A stretch of 64,000 bases of DNA from Phoronis australis. Its lineage: Eukaryota > Animalia > Phoronida. The stretch is from NCBI GenBank assembly GCA_002633005.1, contig NMRA01000504.1, positions 255,388 through 319,387 of the forward strand. The letters run 5' to 3'. Every line of letters starts with the position of its first letter. The first letter of the stretch is position 1. Both the position numbers and the translations under genes were made by a program. Shown in pieces: positions 48,806 through 60,730 of this stretch. The notes under the pieces are model-generated. The model was not told where the DNA came from. It worked only from the letters and a program-made list of their open reading frames with translations, and ran no database searches.

Positions 48806-51800
48806 CAATGTGGGTAAAAAAGTGGTAAGATAAAATCTGACACAAAATTAGTGTCATTAAAAACTAGTCTTCCTTGAGTAAACTAAATTATTTAACGGTG
48901 TTGGAAAAAATGTTGTTCTACCATTATTCTGCTGCTAAAGTTGTGGAGCGATTTTTAGCGACGGCTTTCGGCGCAACGAAATATTGCGTCACCTATTTAC
49001 CATTTTCTTTTTTCGCTGATTCTTCAATAAACAACAAATTATCGGAACTGGTTTCACTTCATTATAAGTTTTTAGAATTTTGATACTGAAAAACTGAATT
49101 TCAAAAGAAATTTTGTTGCTGCCAAGCAATCATCATCTCAGGAGAGATGTTGCAAAAATTTAGGAAATGGCACGTGTGCGTACCGTTTTCAAAATGACGA
49201 CATACTTTTCATTGTTAGAAAGGGCAGAGTTACACAAAAAAATGACATTTATCAGGGCTCGACGCTATTAAAATCGCCAGGTCACATTTTGCGACCTACC
49301 CAAAATCCCAGGTCTCATTTTCAAAATCCAGCTCGCATTCGTAAATGCCAGGTCTCAAAATTTTCCCGCCATTTTCATGTGTCAAAATAGATTTTTTAGA
49401 TCATCGAGAAAATGTTTGGATTATGCTCTTACCTGCAGCGTTAAATACTCACAAATTTCGGAGCTCAAAATTGACTTCATTCATGCATGTACGGCCTTAG
49501 TGTTCTTCACGACCGCTTTTGAAAGACTCTAGAGCGCAAGGCAAGTTGCCGACGTGAATGTTGAATGAGTGCTCTCTAACTGACTTGTGCATTCGAGTAG
49601 CTAAATTTGCGATGTGAAAAGGGAGAAAATGCCCGTTGAAAAAGTATCCGGGATTTTGTTAGATCTGGCCTGGTACTGGCTGTCATCAAAGTCGTTAACG
49701 ATTCAAACTAACTCGGGTAATGGCGAGTTACCTCAGTCCTCAATACCTTCCAAATACGGGGAAAATAGGTCAGTCACAAAACGACACGCGTGTCACTAGT
49801 GTTAACTTTCTTTCCGAGGTATAAAACAAAGCCGGGATTTGGTTTTTACATATAATTGTGAAAAGACGTTTTTGAAAACTGAAGTTGTGTAAAATGAAAG
49901 TGACACACCATATAAGCTGCGTGTCAATTTTAAACCATACGCGATCGTTTGTAGTGCGCTATGATGGGCGCTAGCTTTAACTGTGGGCGTTTAATTGGAA
50001 ATTCTCAAAATTTAAGGGGGGGGGGGACTTTTAATAGATCAGTGAGCGCTTATTATGAAACACTTTAAAGGTAGGGAGTGGGCTTGTGCGTGAGCATAGT
50101 CGTTAACCTCAGTGTTTGCGGTAATAAGATATTAATTTAAAACGCTGCAATGGTAAGAAACGTTATAATAATACGATTTCGCGAGACAAACTCCATCTAG
50201 TATAGGGTGACTTTCTGGATATTGTTACCACCTACATTGTACCCTTTTTAGCCACCCAGAATGATTTTGTTTTGAATTGCCCGCTTCAGCCAGACAAGAT
50301 TGTTTCCATAGGAGTCTGAACATTTCACGGCGACGGTGGTTTGGGGAGCGAAAACTGAGTTGCCGGGGGGGGGTGTATATATAAAGAGAAGGATGAAAAG
50401 TTCGCTAACTTGAACCACAATTTTGCATCTAGTGCCAGTTTAGTTGCAATAGCTGGCTACGGGCGTAGAATACAGGGTTTACGGAAAATCGACCTCGGGA
50501 AACATCGGAACAGGAAAACGTCAGTCCAGGGTTATATCGGTACCGGGACATCGGGTCTTTTATAACCGCTGGGAATCGGAGTTCATTTTCAAATAAAACG
50601 GAGCCGGCATACTCTTTCATTTAGGACTGTCATTGTTTTTTGAAGTGGTGCGCACGAGTGAGTTCACGCACTGAAATCGCTGGAGTAGGCCTACACTTTG
50701 CGTTGGCAACAACGTGTGAAAAACAAATCATCACGTAGCCCCATAAACAAGAAAAGGGTTTGAGAATTTCTTGGCAACTGTTTGGCGATTATTAAGGTTG
50801 TCATTTTCACTTTGGCTGTCTTAATACGATAAAAAGGAGAAGCACATCTCAGTCTAAGTCACGATTGTCTACCGGGACCGCTTGCGCGCTAACAGTGCCG
50901 CAGTGCGATATCAGGGATATTGTCATAGATATTTGGTACATGTAATAAGGACATCTTATGTGAAAAATAAACATTTTTGTCCACCCCAAAGTTTGGTAAG
51001 TTGATCGCTTAAGAATTAGTAGAAACACCGTTGTTTTGTGAAGTTTTATCACGTGTTAAGCAGTGGCCCGAAACTTTCTTCGGCGAATCCGGGAATTTAC
51101 AAAAGTGGCCGAAGGTGCTAGCCAATGAAACGCATCAAAGATCGATTCTGCATATCCCATGTCCACACGACTTGCTTACAAGTCATCGGGAGGGCTGTTC
51201 TCGGTTAGTGTTCTTTTGAACTTGAATTTGGCAACAACCAAATAACGGTCGGATTAACAAGAGCTGCTTCGTATTTGCCAGGTATCTGTTGAGAAGTGAT
51301 TTATACTCAGCTCGCATTCGTTGGAAATTTCAGGTCGCATTTTGCGACTTGATACGAGCTGACAAAAATCTCAGCTCGCATTTCCAAATTTCATTATGTC
51401 GAGCCCTATTTATTGCATTGTTTTTCACTTCAACTAGCGAGGACAGCATTCTTCAGCGAATCGCGTCGCGTATCTGTCACCGTGTTAAATTCGCTCACTA
51501 CAATCGGAAAAAATAACTCAAAAATGTAATAAATGTGAATAAAAGTTATTGCAAAGTATGAAAGAATATATTGTTTTACTTATCTAATAATCTTTTTTTG
51601 TCGCAAAATTCGTTTAATAATACTTTGCACGAGTTTTTTGCAGGGACGTGACCGATTTTTCAGACCAAAATGGATGCCGGTAAAAATGACTGCTATTTGG
51701 TTTTCAACCCAGGAGAAGACTAAACTCGCGAATTTTTACGTGAAACTTCGTGAAAGAACAAAAGGGAGTCTTGCGAACACGATTATGTAAGTAGTTTTCA

Positions 51801-54315
51801 CTTTCCTGCACTTAAAAGTTGAGAAAGTCGCCTTTTCCCGCGACCTTCAACTTCGAGCTGAATTTATTGGTATATAGCATAATTTGCGAATGTAATGAAC
51901 TGTATTCCGCACTAAAGGGTTCATTAATGAACTATTTCAAACACTTGTTCTAAACGAACATTTCGTCAATTTCTGACAATCGGGCGAATTTCTGACTCAC
52001 TTCGTAGTTCCGGGTACTGCCGCTAGGGGTGGTCCTGTGAATCGCGTTGAATGTTTGGTTTACAATACTGAAGCACTTCAACTTTTCCTGATGAAAACTC
52101 AATGTAAAAGAGAACTAAACAGTCATTTCTCGTAGTGAGAACAATGATTCTTATATTTAAGTTTTTTTTTTCTATTTTGTTTCACATTTTTGTTGGTCAA
52201 GCCACTGATAGACTTGGGTTGGCTTGCTGCCAGAGAAGTCCACACCCATCTTGCCTTGTTGGTCATGACATTTTATTCAGAATATGTCAAGATAGAAAAT
52301 GAAAATGTTTTAATTTTAGATTAAACAAATATTACAAATGTACAGTTCTACTGCAGTCCTGTGTTTCCAAGACTTTGTGGTCCACTACTTTGAAACATAC
52401 ATGCTTTCGATAAACTTTTTTTCTGACCACGGGCCAGTATATATAGTTTTTAACGGAACAATTGAGGTTTGCCTAGACTGTTCATAAATCTCACCCTGAT
52501 CTTTATCCTCCAGGTAAGCTTTGTTGGAATTTACTGTGGACCAAACCAGTTGTTATTTTCTTCATTATTTTTGTTCTTATAATTTCACTCCTGTTTTGAG
52601 TTTCTATCTTCATCATGTCTCACATTTCTTTCTCAACAGACTCTGCTTCTAGCTCTTGGTCCAGATCCTTCTACTTTCCTGCTTCTACTGATTCTACTTG
52701 CATTTTATCAGTTATTCAGTTGGACATGATCTCATAGACAAACGGTCAAAGCCTCCTTCATTTTGGCTCTCCCCTCCACCTATCGGACTGTGCTTTTCAG
52801 CTCCTGATGCTGTTGAGGAGTCCGCGAAGAAGTACCATATGCCAACACCACCTCTTAAGACACTGTCAGACAAATACTGACATGACCTATCTAGCTATTT
52901 CTTTTTTCTTTTCACAACCTTGTAGTTTAATAGTATTATGTCACCTTTGTTAAAATGTGCATAATTTCCAAGTAGGGTAACATTTTCGCATAACACTGTT
53001 CAAATAATTATGAATTATAGTATTCTTTCAGGTCCTCGGATATCTGTCTTGGTTTAATATCCATTACAACGAAGATGAGGCTATCTACTCCTTTCGGCTG
53101 ATTGATGACTTTGGTCAAAGGGACTTCGAAGTGCTGGAATAACTCAGTGTTGCATAGTAGATACTCCAATGCCTTATGATAGTCAGAAAGGGTTTGGCCC
53201 CCTTCCTTGAGGATACCACAGGTCTGTGTAAGGAACTCCACTGAGCGTCTGTTTACTGGAAGGTACTCCACTGCCAATTGTCACAGAAAGGGTTTGGCCC
53301 CTCCTTCCTTGAGGATGCCTTGAGAACTTTATTTATCTGTCCATCATAAATTCTTTTTTGTGTTCATATCACTTGAGACAATTTTAGGATTATGAATATT
53401 CCAGTTGTTGGTTTTATAGCATGAACATTCCTGGATGGCTCATGACAGGGTCTTCATTTTATTACATTGTTGTGGAAAGTTTATGTAAAAGTTTTATTTA
53501 TTATATGTCTTTCAGAAGCTTGTATTAAAATGTTCTATATATCATACTTGTCATCAATACATTTTTGAAATGATGTTTGTTTATCTTTGATTTTTACTTA
53601 ATGTAATTGAGTGACAAAGTTAAGCCGGTTGCAAACAGCATGATTGTTAAAAACAATATCACAAATAATATTAATAATTTGCTCAACCAATTATCAAGTT
53701 TCAACTTTCCTGATAAAAAATCTTTAAAATGATACCTTATTTGTTTTTTTTCCTGGAGTAATTGTTATTTTATGAAAATTCGAAATCGCAAAATTGTACG
53801 TAGTGACTTCTCTTTGTCGGCTGTGTTGACTTTAAGGTCAATATCTTCGCACAGGAACGTCTAATCGAAATGGTTTTTTTGGCAAATTATTCATCATAAA
53901 AAGTTCTTTAAAATGATGTATTACATGTCTATTTACGTTTCTTAGTTTTGAAATAATAATATTTTGAACTCGCAGATTCGATTTGACAGAATTTTTACCA
54001 AAAATTTTGACACGAAAATGACATTTTCTCCAGAACCATAAGTCCAATTTAAAAAAATTTTACTATCGTTATTTTAGTCTTGAAAAGAGCTTTCTAATGA
54101 TGTATATTACATGCACATTTTCTAAAATTTTTGAAAAATGCTGTTCTCCCTACTTCAACGGCTGTAACGGGCAAGGTGAGTGTCGTTTGATTCCCAGATT
54201 TTGCATGCACCCCGTCAGGTCTTTAGCTTTACAAGTTGATACAAGTTTCAAGGCGAGGTGACAACAACCCTGGACGTGTACAATTTCGGGGTCTACGGAA
54301 GAAATACACACAGTG
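48806..54315. mobile_element. Possible larger CAC...GTG-ended DNA element (Chapaev/Transib-like) that hosts copy B
   Basis: The right end cacagtg (54309-54315) follows typical non-autonomous DNA-TE sequence. The putative left end caatgtgggta matches the right-end reverse complement cactgtgtgta at 9/11. gtac flanks both sides (48802-48805 and 54316-54319). The left end overlaps a local palindrome and is uncertain. Confidence 0.35.
49253..51408 (-). mobile_element. 2156-bp copy B of the same element in inverted orientation
   Basis: Ends cagggctcgac...gtcgagcccta (terminal G>A) with a 5-bp TSD tttat (49248-49252 and 51409-51413). The reverse complement is colinear with copy A but lacks about 240 bp (A ~47647-47883) and 25 bp near A's left end. 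Confidence 0.88.
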
Positions 54316-54533
54316 GTACCTAGCTGTATTTTGACGATAGTCTTCCTACACCTACAGCTAACTGGCTGGCTAGCCTACATACTTTCATACTGGCTAGAAG
54401 CCAGTTATTGCCTGGTTCTCAAAATCATGGACCACTATATTCGAATACTGCCCAAAACTGTGCTCCTGGTTGAGTGTGCCTCCGATGTTAAAATCGTTGA
54501 AACGCGTTTGATGTAAAAATAATGTGAAATTAC

Positions 54534-54575
54534 CTGAACATGAGACAGGCTTTTCGTTAACATGGAAGTCGCCAT
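54534..54575 (-). CDS. MRPL45: Mitochondrial ribosomal protein mL45, coding exon 1 (42 nt)
   Basis: aat ATG GCG ACT TCC ATG TTA ACG AAA AGC CTG TCT CAT GTT CAG|gtaatt encodes MATSMLTKSLSHVQ, which is presequence-like with no acidic residues. Phase 0 fits exon 2 and it sits next to a GC-rich promoter. The assignment rests on signals rather than homology. Confidence 0.7.
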
Positions 54576-54730
54576 ATTTGCTTGATATCAGAGCCATCTG
54601 CTGGAAAGCCTGGAAAGTTCAAGCTAGGCACCCGCCCGGCCGGGGTAGCCTAAACCCCTAACCCGTCATGCAGCTTCCCCTTGCTAGTTCAAGTACTCGG
54701 GTGGGAAACCAAAACAACTGGACAACAAGA
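54565..54730. promoter_or_regulatory. Putative (bidirectional) MRPL45 promoter
   Basis: YY1-like CGCCATATTTG overlapping the MRPL45 ATG, a GC box cccgccc at 54631-54637, local GC/CpG enrichment, and + strand donors gtaagt at 54792 and 54938. Confidence 0.5.
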
Positions 54731-55134
54731 TGTTCAAAATTGCACCACGGAAATCGAAGTACACATATTCTCAAGTGGTGTATTTAATACAGTAAGTTAA
54801 CTGCACAAATTGGGACCGCAGGAAACAAAAACTAATTATAGAAAACTTTCGTTCACTAAAGCCTTTGTTTGCTCTCATGATCACAAAAAGCGAAAAGCAG
54901 ACGGGTGTCAAGCGCAAGACAGTTAACTCGCCTAGTGGTAAGTTTTTGAAGAAATGTTTACATTATGTCGATCAGTGTAGTGTATAGTGTTTTAGTATCG
55001 CGGAGTCATTTGTCGATAGCCGATATAATGTCCTCCGTGATAAAATGCAAACCACCCCTAATTCGGTGCGCAGCCACGCGGTGGAGTCCCAATGCTATTT
55101 AAATAAATATATAAACAACGACGTGTTTCAGTAG

Positions 55135-57402
55135 CAAGGGGTCTCGCTGCAGCATTGCCTGGTCTGCATGCAATGACAGGGTGTGACGTCACAGCAGCAC
55201 TGTATAGGAAAGGGAAAGTGAGGCCTCTGGGAATCCTGATGAAAGACTCATCTGGGACACTTATCAGCTTCTTGTCAGAGTTAATAAGCGTAGATGTCCT
55301 ATTTAGTGAACGGAGGAGTCAAAGATGTCAATGAAGTGAGATATCTGAAATTAATCGAGATGACCGGAAAAATAAACAAGGAACTGTAATTGATAAAATT
55401 TAGTTCATAAAAGCAACGAAAATAATTTCAAATGTGTTCATAGTGTTAAACCAAAATGCCCAGTTTCACGTCATACTTAGAAAACAGTAAATAGTGGTGA
55501 GGTTTTATGTTTTTGTTCGTCAGCATTTAGACAATTGGTCCCACGTCAATAAAATTTTCTCACTATTTATTTCAGGAAAAGTCGATGTCCAACATCAAGA
55601 AGATTGACTGCGCATTGCTTCCTCCTTGCCGAAAGACACTATTGAGCAATCTCGAACGAGCCCATTATGTTGCCTTGCTTTTTGGTCAAGTGGATTTGGC
55701 CAATCTGGGAAACGATTTGGATCCTCTTACCTACGGTTGGAAGGTACAATATGGATACTACATTCCCGAATGGTTTTGTGGATCCGCCGTTCCTGATGTC
55801 CTTTTTGAAGGTGCTGGTCTTTTACAAGGAAACCAAGCCGATGTAGAGGAAATGGACTATGACGAAACAAACGAGCCCGAATCAAGCTGGAGTAGCAGTG
55901 ACGTATCTGTTATTGAAACGTATTAAAACTAATACGAAACTACTGTTGACATTAAACATATACATGTAGCAGCTTGACGTTCTCGTCGACACAGTGATTT
56001 TAATTATCTGTTACTATGGTGTTTGAAAGTGTTGCTCTATTTCATGTAGTTTATTTTGATTAAAGAAGGTTTTAAAAAACACGTCTGTTACTTTTATTTC
56101 AGCGTATTGTTTAGTAGTCAATGGGATGAAATGGCTCTTTGGAAATAATTTTTGTGGTTCCTCGATCTATTGCAAATTTAGGGGCCATATGTTGTCGCTG
56201 ACGTATCCTTTCTGTTGGCAGTTTTGATAGCGTTTTATATTTTACACAGTCTGCGTTCTTAAACTTGATTGAGTGGATTGGTTTTAGACAGTTCCTGGTA
56301 TCCCAAAGTTTTACTGTTATCAGGTACTTTCCAAAATACTTGCTCTCCGACATCATCCATTTGACAACCAATGCCGGTGAGAGCTCAGTAGACGCAAAAC
56401 TATAAACTCATCATCTAATATGTCAAATATTTTCAAAAAACTTACCGGTAGTTGAGATTTCTGGGGCTGGCGAGCACAACCCACACTGATTTTAACTGTC
56501 ATAGGATATATCTACATGTATTTGAATCACATGGAATTGTTTAGTGTGGTTCCCCGAATGATGACCTGGCTCCTTTTACGGTGTAAATGAGTTTCTGGCG
56601 AACGCCTTCCACTGCACAATTTGTTGTCTGTCGTGGGTCTTCTGGTGCGGCACGATTATTGGTTTTAAGTCAGTTTTAGCCGGTACCTCGGGTATCTAAT
56701 GTATCTCAAAGTTTCGATAGCATATACTGTGGTTGAGATTTTGAGGCTTTCTGCCACGCACAATCCAGAGTGTATTTTGTCTGTCATAGGGCATTTAGTG
56801 ACCTGTGACATGTATTGAGTCATATGGAATTGTTTTTTTGTACCTCGAATGTATGTGCTAGGTCATTTTTGGGGGGTCCTTTTTGGTTTCTGTCGTACCA
56901 TTCCAGAGTACAATTTGCCTGTCATGGGTCATTTGGTTTTCAGTGCGATACTTTTGTTCGTTTAAAATCAGTTTTGGCCGGTACAGTACCTTGGAAATCT
57001 AGTCTAGCTCAAAATTTTTGATGCAATACCATGGCTGAGATTTTTGGAGGATTATGCCGGGCACAATCCAGAGTGTAATTTGTCTGTCATAGGGCATTTA
57101 GTGATCTGTGACATGTATTGTATCATATGGAATTGGTTTTGTGTAGTACTTCGAATGTATGTGCCGGCTCATTTTTTTTTGGGGGGGGGTCCTTTTTTGG
57201 TTTCTGTCGGACCTATTCCAGAGTGCAATTTGTCCGCCGTGGGTCATTCCGTGTTCAGTGCGGTGGTATTTTTCGTTTTAAACCAGATTGATTTGGTACC
57301 TCGAATATCTAGTCTAGCTCATTTATTTGGGTCCTTTATAATGCCCCCAGGGGTCACACCCAGAGTGCAGACAACGGCAGGCGTCCATTTCTCTACACTC
57401 TA
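55135..57402 (+). mobile_element. Degenerate Academ-like DNA transposon 3' portion (XPG-like nuclease region, subterminal tandem repeats)
   Basis: Reads LPGLHAMTGCDVTAALYRKGKVRPL, then a frameshifted VKDVNEVRYLKL, then after an intron-like gap (acceptor tttcag at 55576) IDCALLPPCRKTLLSNLERAHYVA...LDPLTYGW...PEWF...VPD. This motif series is recalled from Academ-type proteins. The putative right end is ...tacactcta and no left end was found. Confidence 0.6.
56450..57330 (+). repeat. Three diverged tandem copies of a ~280-300-bp unit
   Basis: Unit anchors (t/c)tgagattt...gcacaa(c/t)cca...ctgtcatagg...acatgtatt...atggaattg recur near 56452, 56731 and 57033. Confidence 0.8.
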
Positions 57403-58433
57403 CATATTGAGGTGGACTCTAAATGCACCCGTGGTCAGATGTTGGTACCTCGTTCATCTATGGTAAGTGCTCTGGGCTGCCGGCCTATAGCGTACCGAGA
57501 GGGGTTTTGCATTGAACAGTTTGTCATGCCCCGTTGTACCTGCCACCNCCCCCCCCCCCCCCACCCTCCGTGTGTACGCCAGTGCTTAGAGCTCGCAATT
57601 TGCTCGAAATTGATGGAAGTGTTTACATAAATATCTCACTTATGACATCGTCAGTCGTTGCCAGCCATCTATTATCCTTTCTTATCTGATTAAGGAAGGA
57701 GTTCAGATAACACTTGTTGAGTAAAAGTGTTATTTTTGGCAAATAAAGTGAAAATACTTATTTCATTTTTAAACGTGCAATTTAATGAATATTAGTTTTT
57801 CATTGGTATGCTGTGTGATGTCGTCAGGTCTAAATATTGATGACAATCGGACAAAAGTTACAGGACACAACTCTCTGAGGTTCTGTTGACAGGTTTGAAT
57901 GTTCTCATAGGGATGATTAGACTTTTCTAGCCTACGATATTTTTGCCTTTCTCAGCTACAGACCCACATAACAATACGCCAATGCATGTAAAGACTTTAT
58001 GATATACAGACAAAAGTGGCCCAGTGAAATAATACTGTCCATACCACTTGTTTCGAGACAATATTTTACAAACCACTGCCCAGCATACGCTGTTTGAAAA
58101 ACAACCATGTTAGTCTGAGTGAGGTAACATACAGCATGGATATGCGTCTTTTGCAGGTTGTCGACATCTCTAAAAACAGTTGATAACATTTAACAACTGG
58201 ACTGAAACATGGTGGCATACAGTAATGTTTGATACAAATGTTCCCATGTGAGTGAGGAGCATACAGAGGTAATGATATATGAAAGTTGTGTTAATATTGG
58301 TTTTTCGTTATGCAAGATAGGGGATTTTCAGCTTTTTTATGCAGTTGTCATTGTCCTGGAAGGTTGTCTTCTATCAGGAAAGTGTTTGTTCCATCAACGC
58401 TTTCACTTATAGGTTGTATTTAGCTGTCTATAG

Positions 58434-58744
58434 CATAGGTGGGGGCCCAGGGTGCCGCCCCCCTTGGCTACCGCCAGCAAAATGAAACAGAAACAGCGTG
58501 AAGCGCGAAGAAAAAGAAAGTTCAGTAACTAGGTCCTGTAACAGATGGGGGGCTCAGATCCCAGATCGAGGCGGAATCGTGTCACCGTTTTTTTTAGTCT
58601 ACCAATAGATTTTCAGAACAAAAGGTCCACATCCTCGCCTCCCACAACTTTCGGGCCCCCTGTGCACATACAATCCAGCTTTGCCCAATTCCCTGAGGAA
58701 ACATGTAGGGCCGCCCCCCTTATGGTATCCTAGATCCGCCACTG
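58434..58744. mobile_element. 311-bp MITE with CA...TG ends and 5-bp TSD TATAG
   Basis: Right end cctagatccgccactg (reverse complement CAGTGGCGGATCTAGG) and degenerate left end cataggtgggggcccaggg. tatag occurs at 58429-58433 and 58745-58749. Confidence 0.55.
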
Positions 58745-60730
58745 TATAGTTCATAAAATACTTGTATGCGATGGGTGATCTTGTTTGAAACTGCTGACAA
58801 ATATATTATCATTCTCAAAATTTGGAAATAGAGAATAATAGATTTTCCATTTACTTGATTTTCTTATAGATCCAACATTCACCTACTGACAATAAATCTT
58901 GATCCTTGTTCACTTTTCAAAGCTCGTTGTATATGTATTTGTCACAGGTATTATGCACGTCAACATGAAAACAATTTTGTCTGAAATGCGTATTTTTGAT
59001 TGAAGTTTTGTACGTAGTATTATCATGTTTGCATAAAAGGAATTTAAACTATTATATTTATTTTAAACAGGTTCCGAGCAGCTTTCTGTGTTCCAGAAAG
59101 TCATGGATAAAAAGAAGAGGCCCCCTCAACGGACGCAGCACGTTCAAGCTACCAAATCAGGGACACACAACTGGTCTCATTGACAGCACATGTTAGTGAA
59201 CATCTTTGTTGCCTTCACAGAATCGATGATAACCATTCGTGCTACTGTGCACTGTCTGTAGGTCAACAGATTGGTCAAAGCTGGAGGACCCCATTTCATT
59301 GCTGTTAACAGCATTTGAAGCTGCTTGCCAATGAATTACCTTAAATGAAGCATATGTCCCTCTCAGGTCTATGTAACCTAATCTGCCTCATAGATCAGTC
59401 TATACATGTATTTTTTATTAAATAGCTACTGATACTTCTTTAATGCTTTGATGTACTGACATTGTGTGCTTGCTTTGTTGTCAGGGTTTATACTTTTTAT
59501 GGTATTTGATTAGTCACATTGCTAGTTGCGTGACATTCTGGTGGCATAAATGAAAAGTGTTATTCCAAAAGGAGGTGGGTCAAAATTATCAAACTGTGTT
59601 CGAGACTATCAGAGGACCATCAGTTGTCATGTAATGAAAAAACATGAGTAACCCAAAATTTAATGTCAGGACATCAGGTTATGTGGCACCTTACTGACAA
59701 TATATTGACTTTATATGTCAATCTGCCATTAATTGGGTCCCTTGGTCATATTTTTAATAAGATTCCGGAAAAGGGAATACACTGTACGTTCATATTTACA
59801 AAACAGTGGAGTTGATAACATGACCAATTTTCTTTTTATATAAATGTTCACGATGCAATCGGAGAAAAGCCGATTCTGTTTTCTTAGTAACTCTTTTCGT
59901 TTTAATCAATGTTTGAGTTTTCCCTGAAATTACTGAAAGTCCCTGTTTTAGCTTCCATGCCAAATTAGATCAGTCAAAAGACAATCTCTAAAAGCCTGAT
60001 GGGGAACAGTGCATAAAGTACAAGATCTGTCAGCCACTTGCAAGATATGTTTTCAGCTTTACTAAGTTTAGACATTTGTCTAGGATCTCCCATAACCTTG
60101 TGCTTGAACACTTTTGTTTTAGTGCGCAAAGAATGATATCGTATAACTGTTGGTCTTCACATACGCCATGTGCTGATCACATCACGTGTTGGCTAACAGG
60201 TTAGCAGAAAATCCTGGGTCCAAACCTTGGTGGGGAAAGAGAGCATTTTAGATGTAACTATGTATCACCTGATGCCAACAAAATATCTGGTGTGAAAAAA
60301 TTAATTCTTGCTTATTATTTTTAAAGTTTTAACAAATTTTCATTTGAATTAACGTTAGGGCACACTCTAATAACAAGAGCAACGCGGAGCGTTGAAATGC
60401 GCCCACAATTGCACCGCATACGGTATCCTTCTAGGGTTGTTTATTGGTACCATAAAGTGGCCAGTAGAGGGCATACTTTGCAAAATGGAAAGGCATGGTC
60501 CTTGTCTCCTCAATAGGCTAGGGGCAAAATGTCAGTAATCTTCATAATACAAGCACATCCTATACACCAGTTGCTTAAAGCACCACAGAAACATAGAATT
60601 AAAAACAAATTTACCAACATACGAGATTAGCACAGCATTAGAATGCCAGAAACAAATTTCTACTTGGAACTTTTCCTTCACAGTCACGAAGTAACACAAA
60701 GTATACACCTGAAGACCTATGAAAATACAG

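Noticed and set aside
54394-54597. 67-aa minus-strand ORF as the MRPL45 N-terminus
   Set aside because: Its frame does not join exon 2 in phase at the 54533 donor, whereas the ATG at 54575 does.
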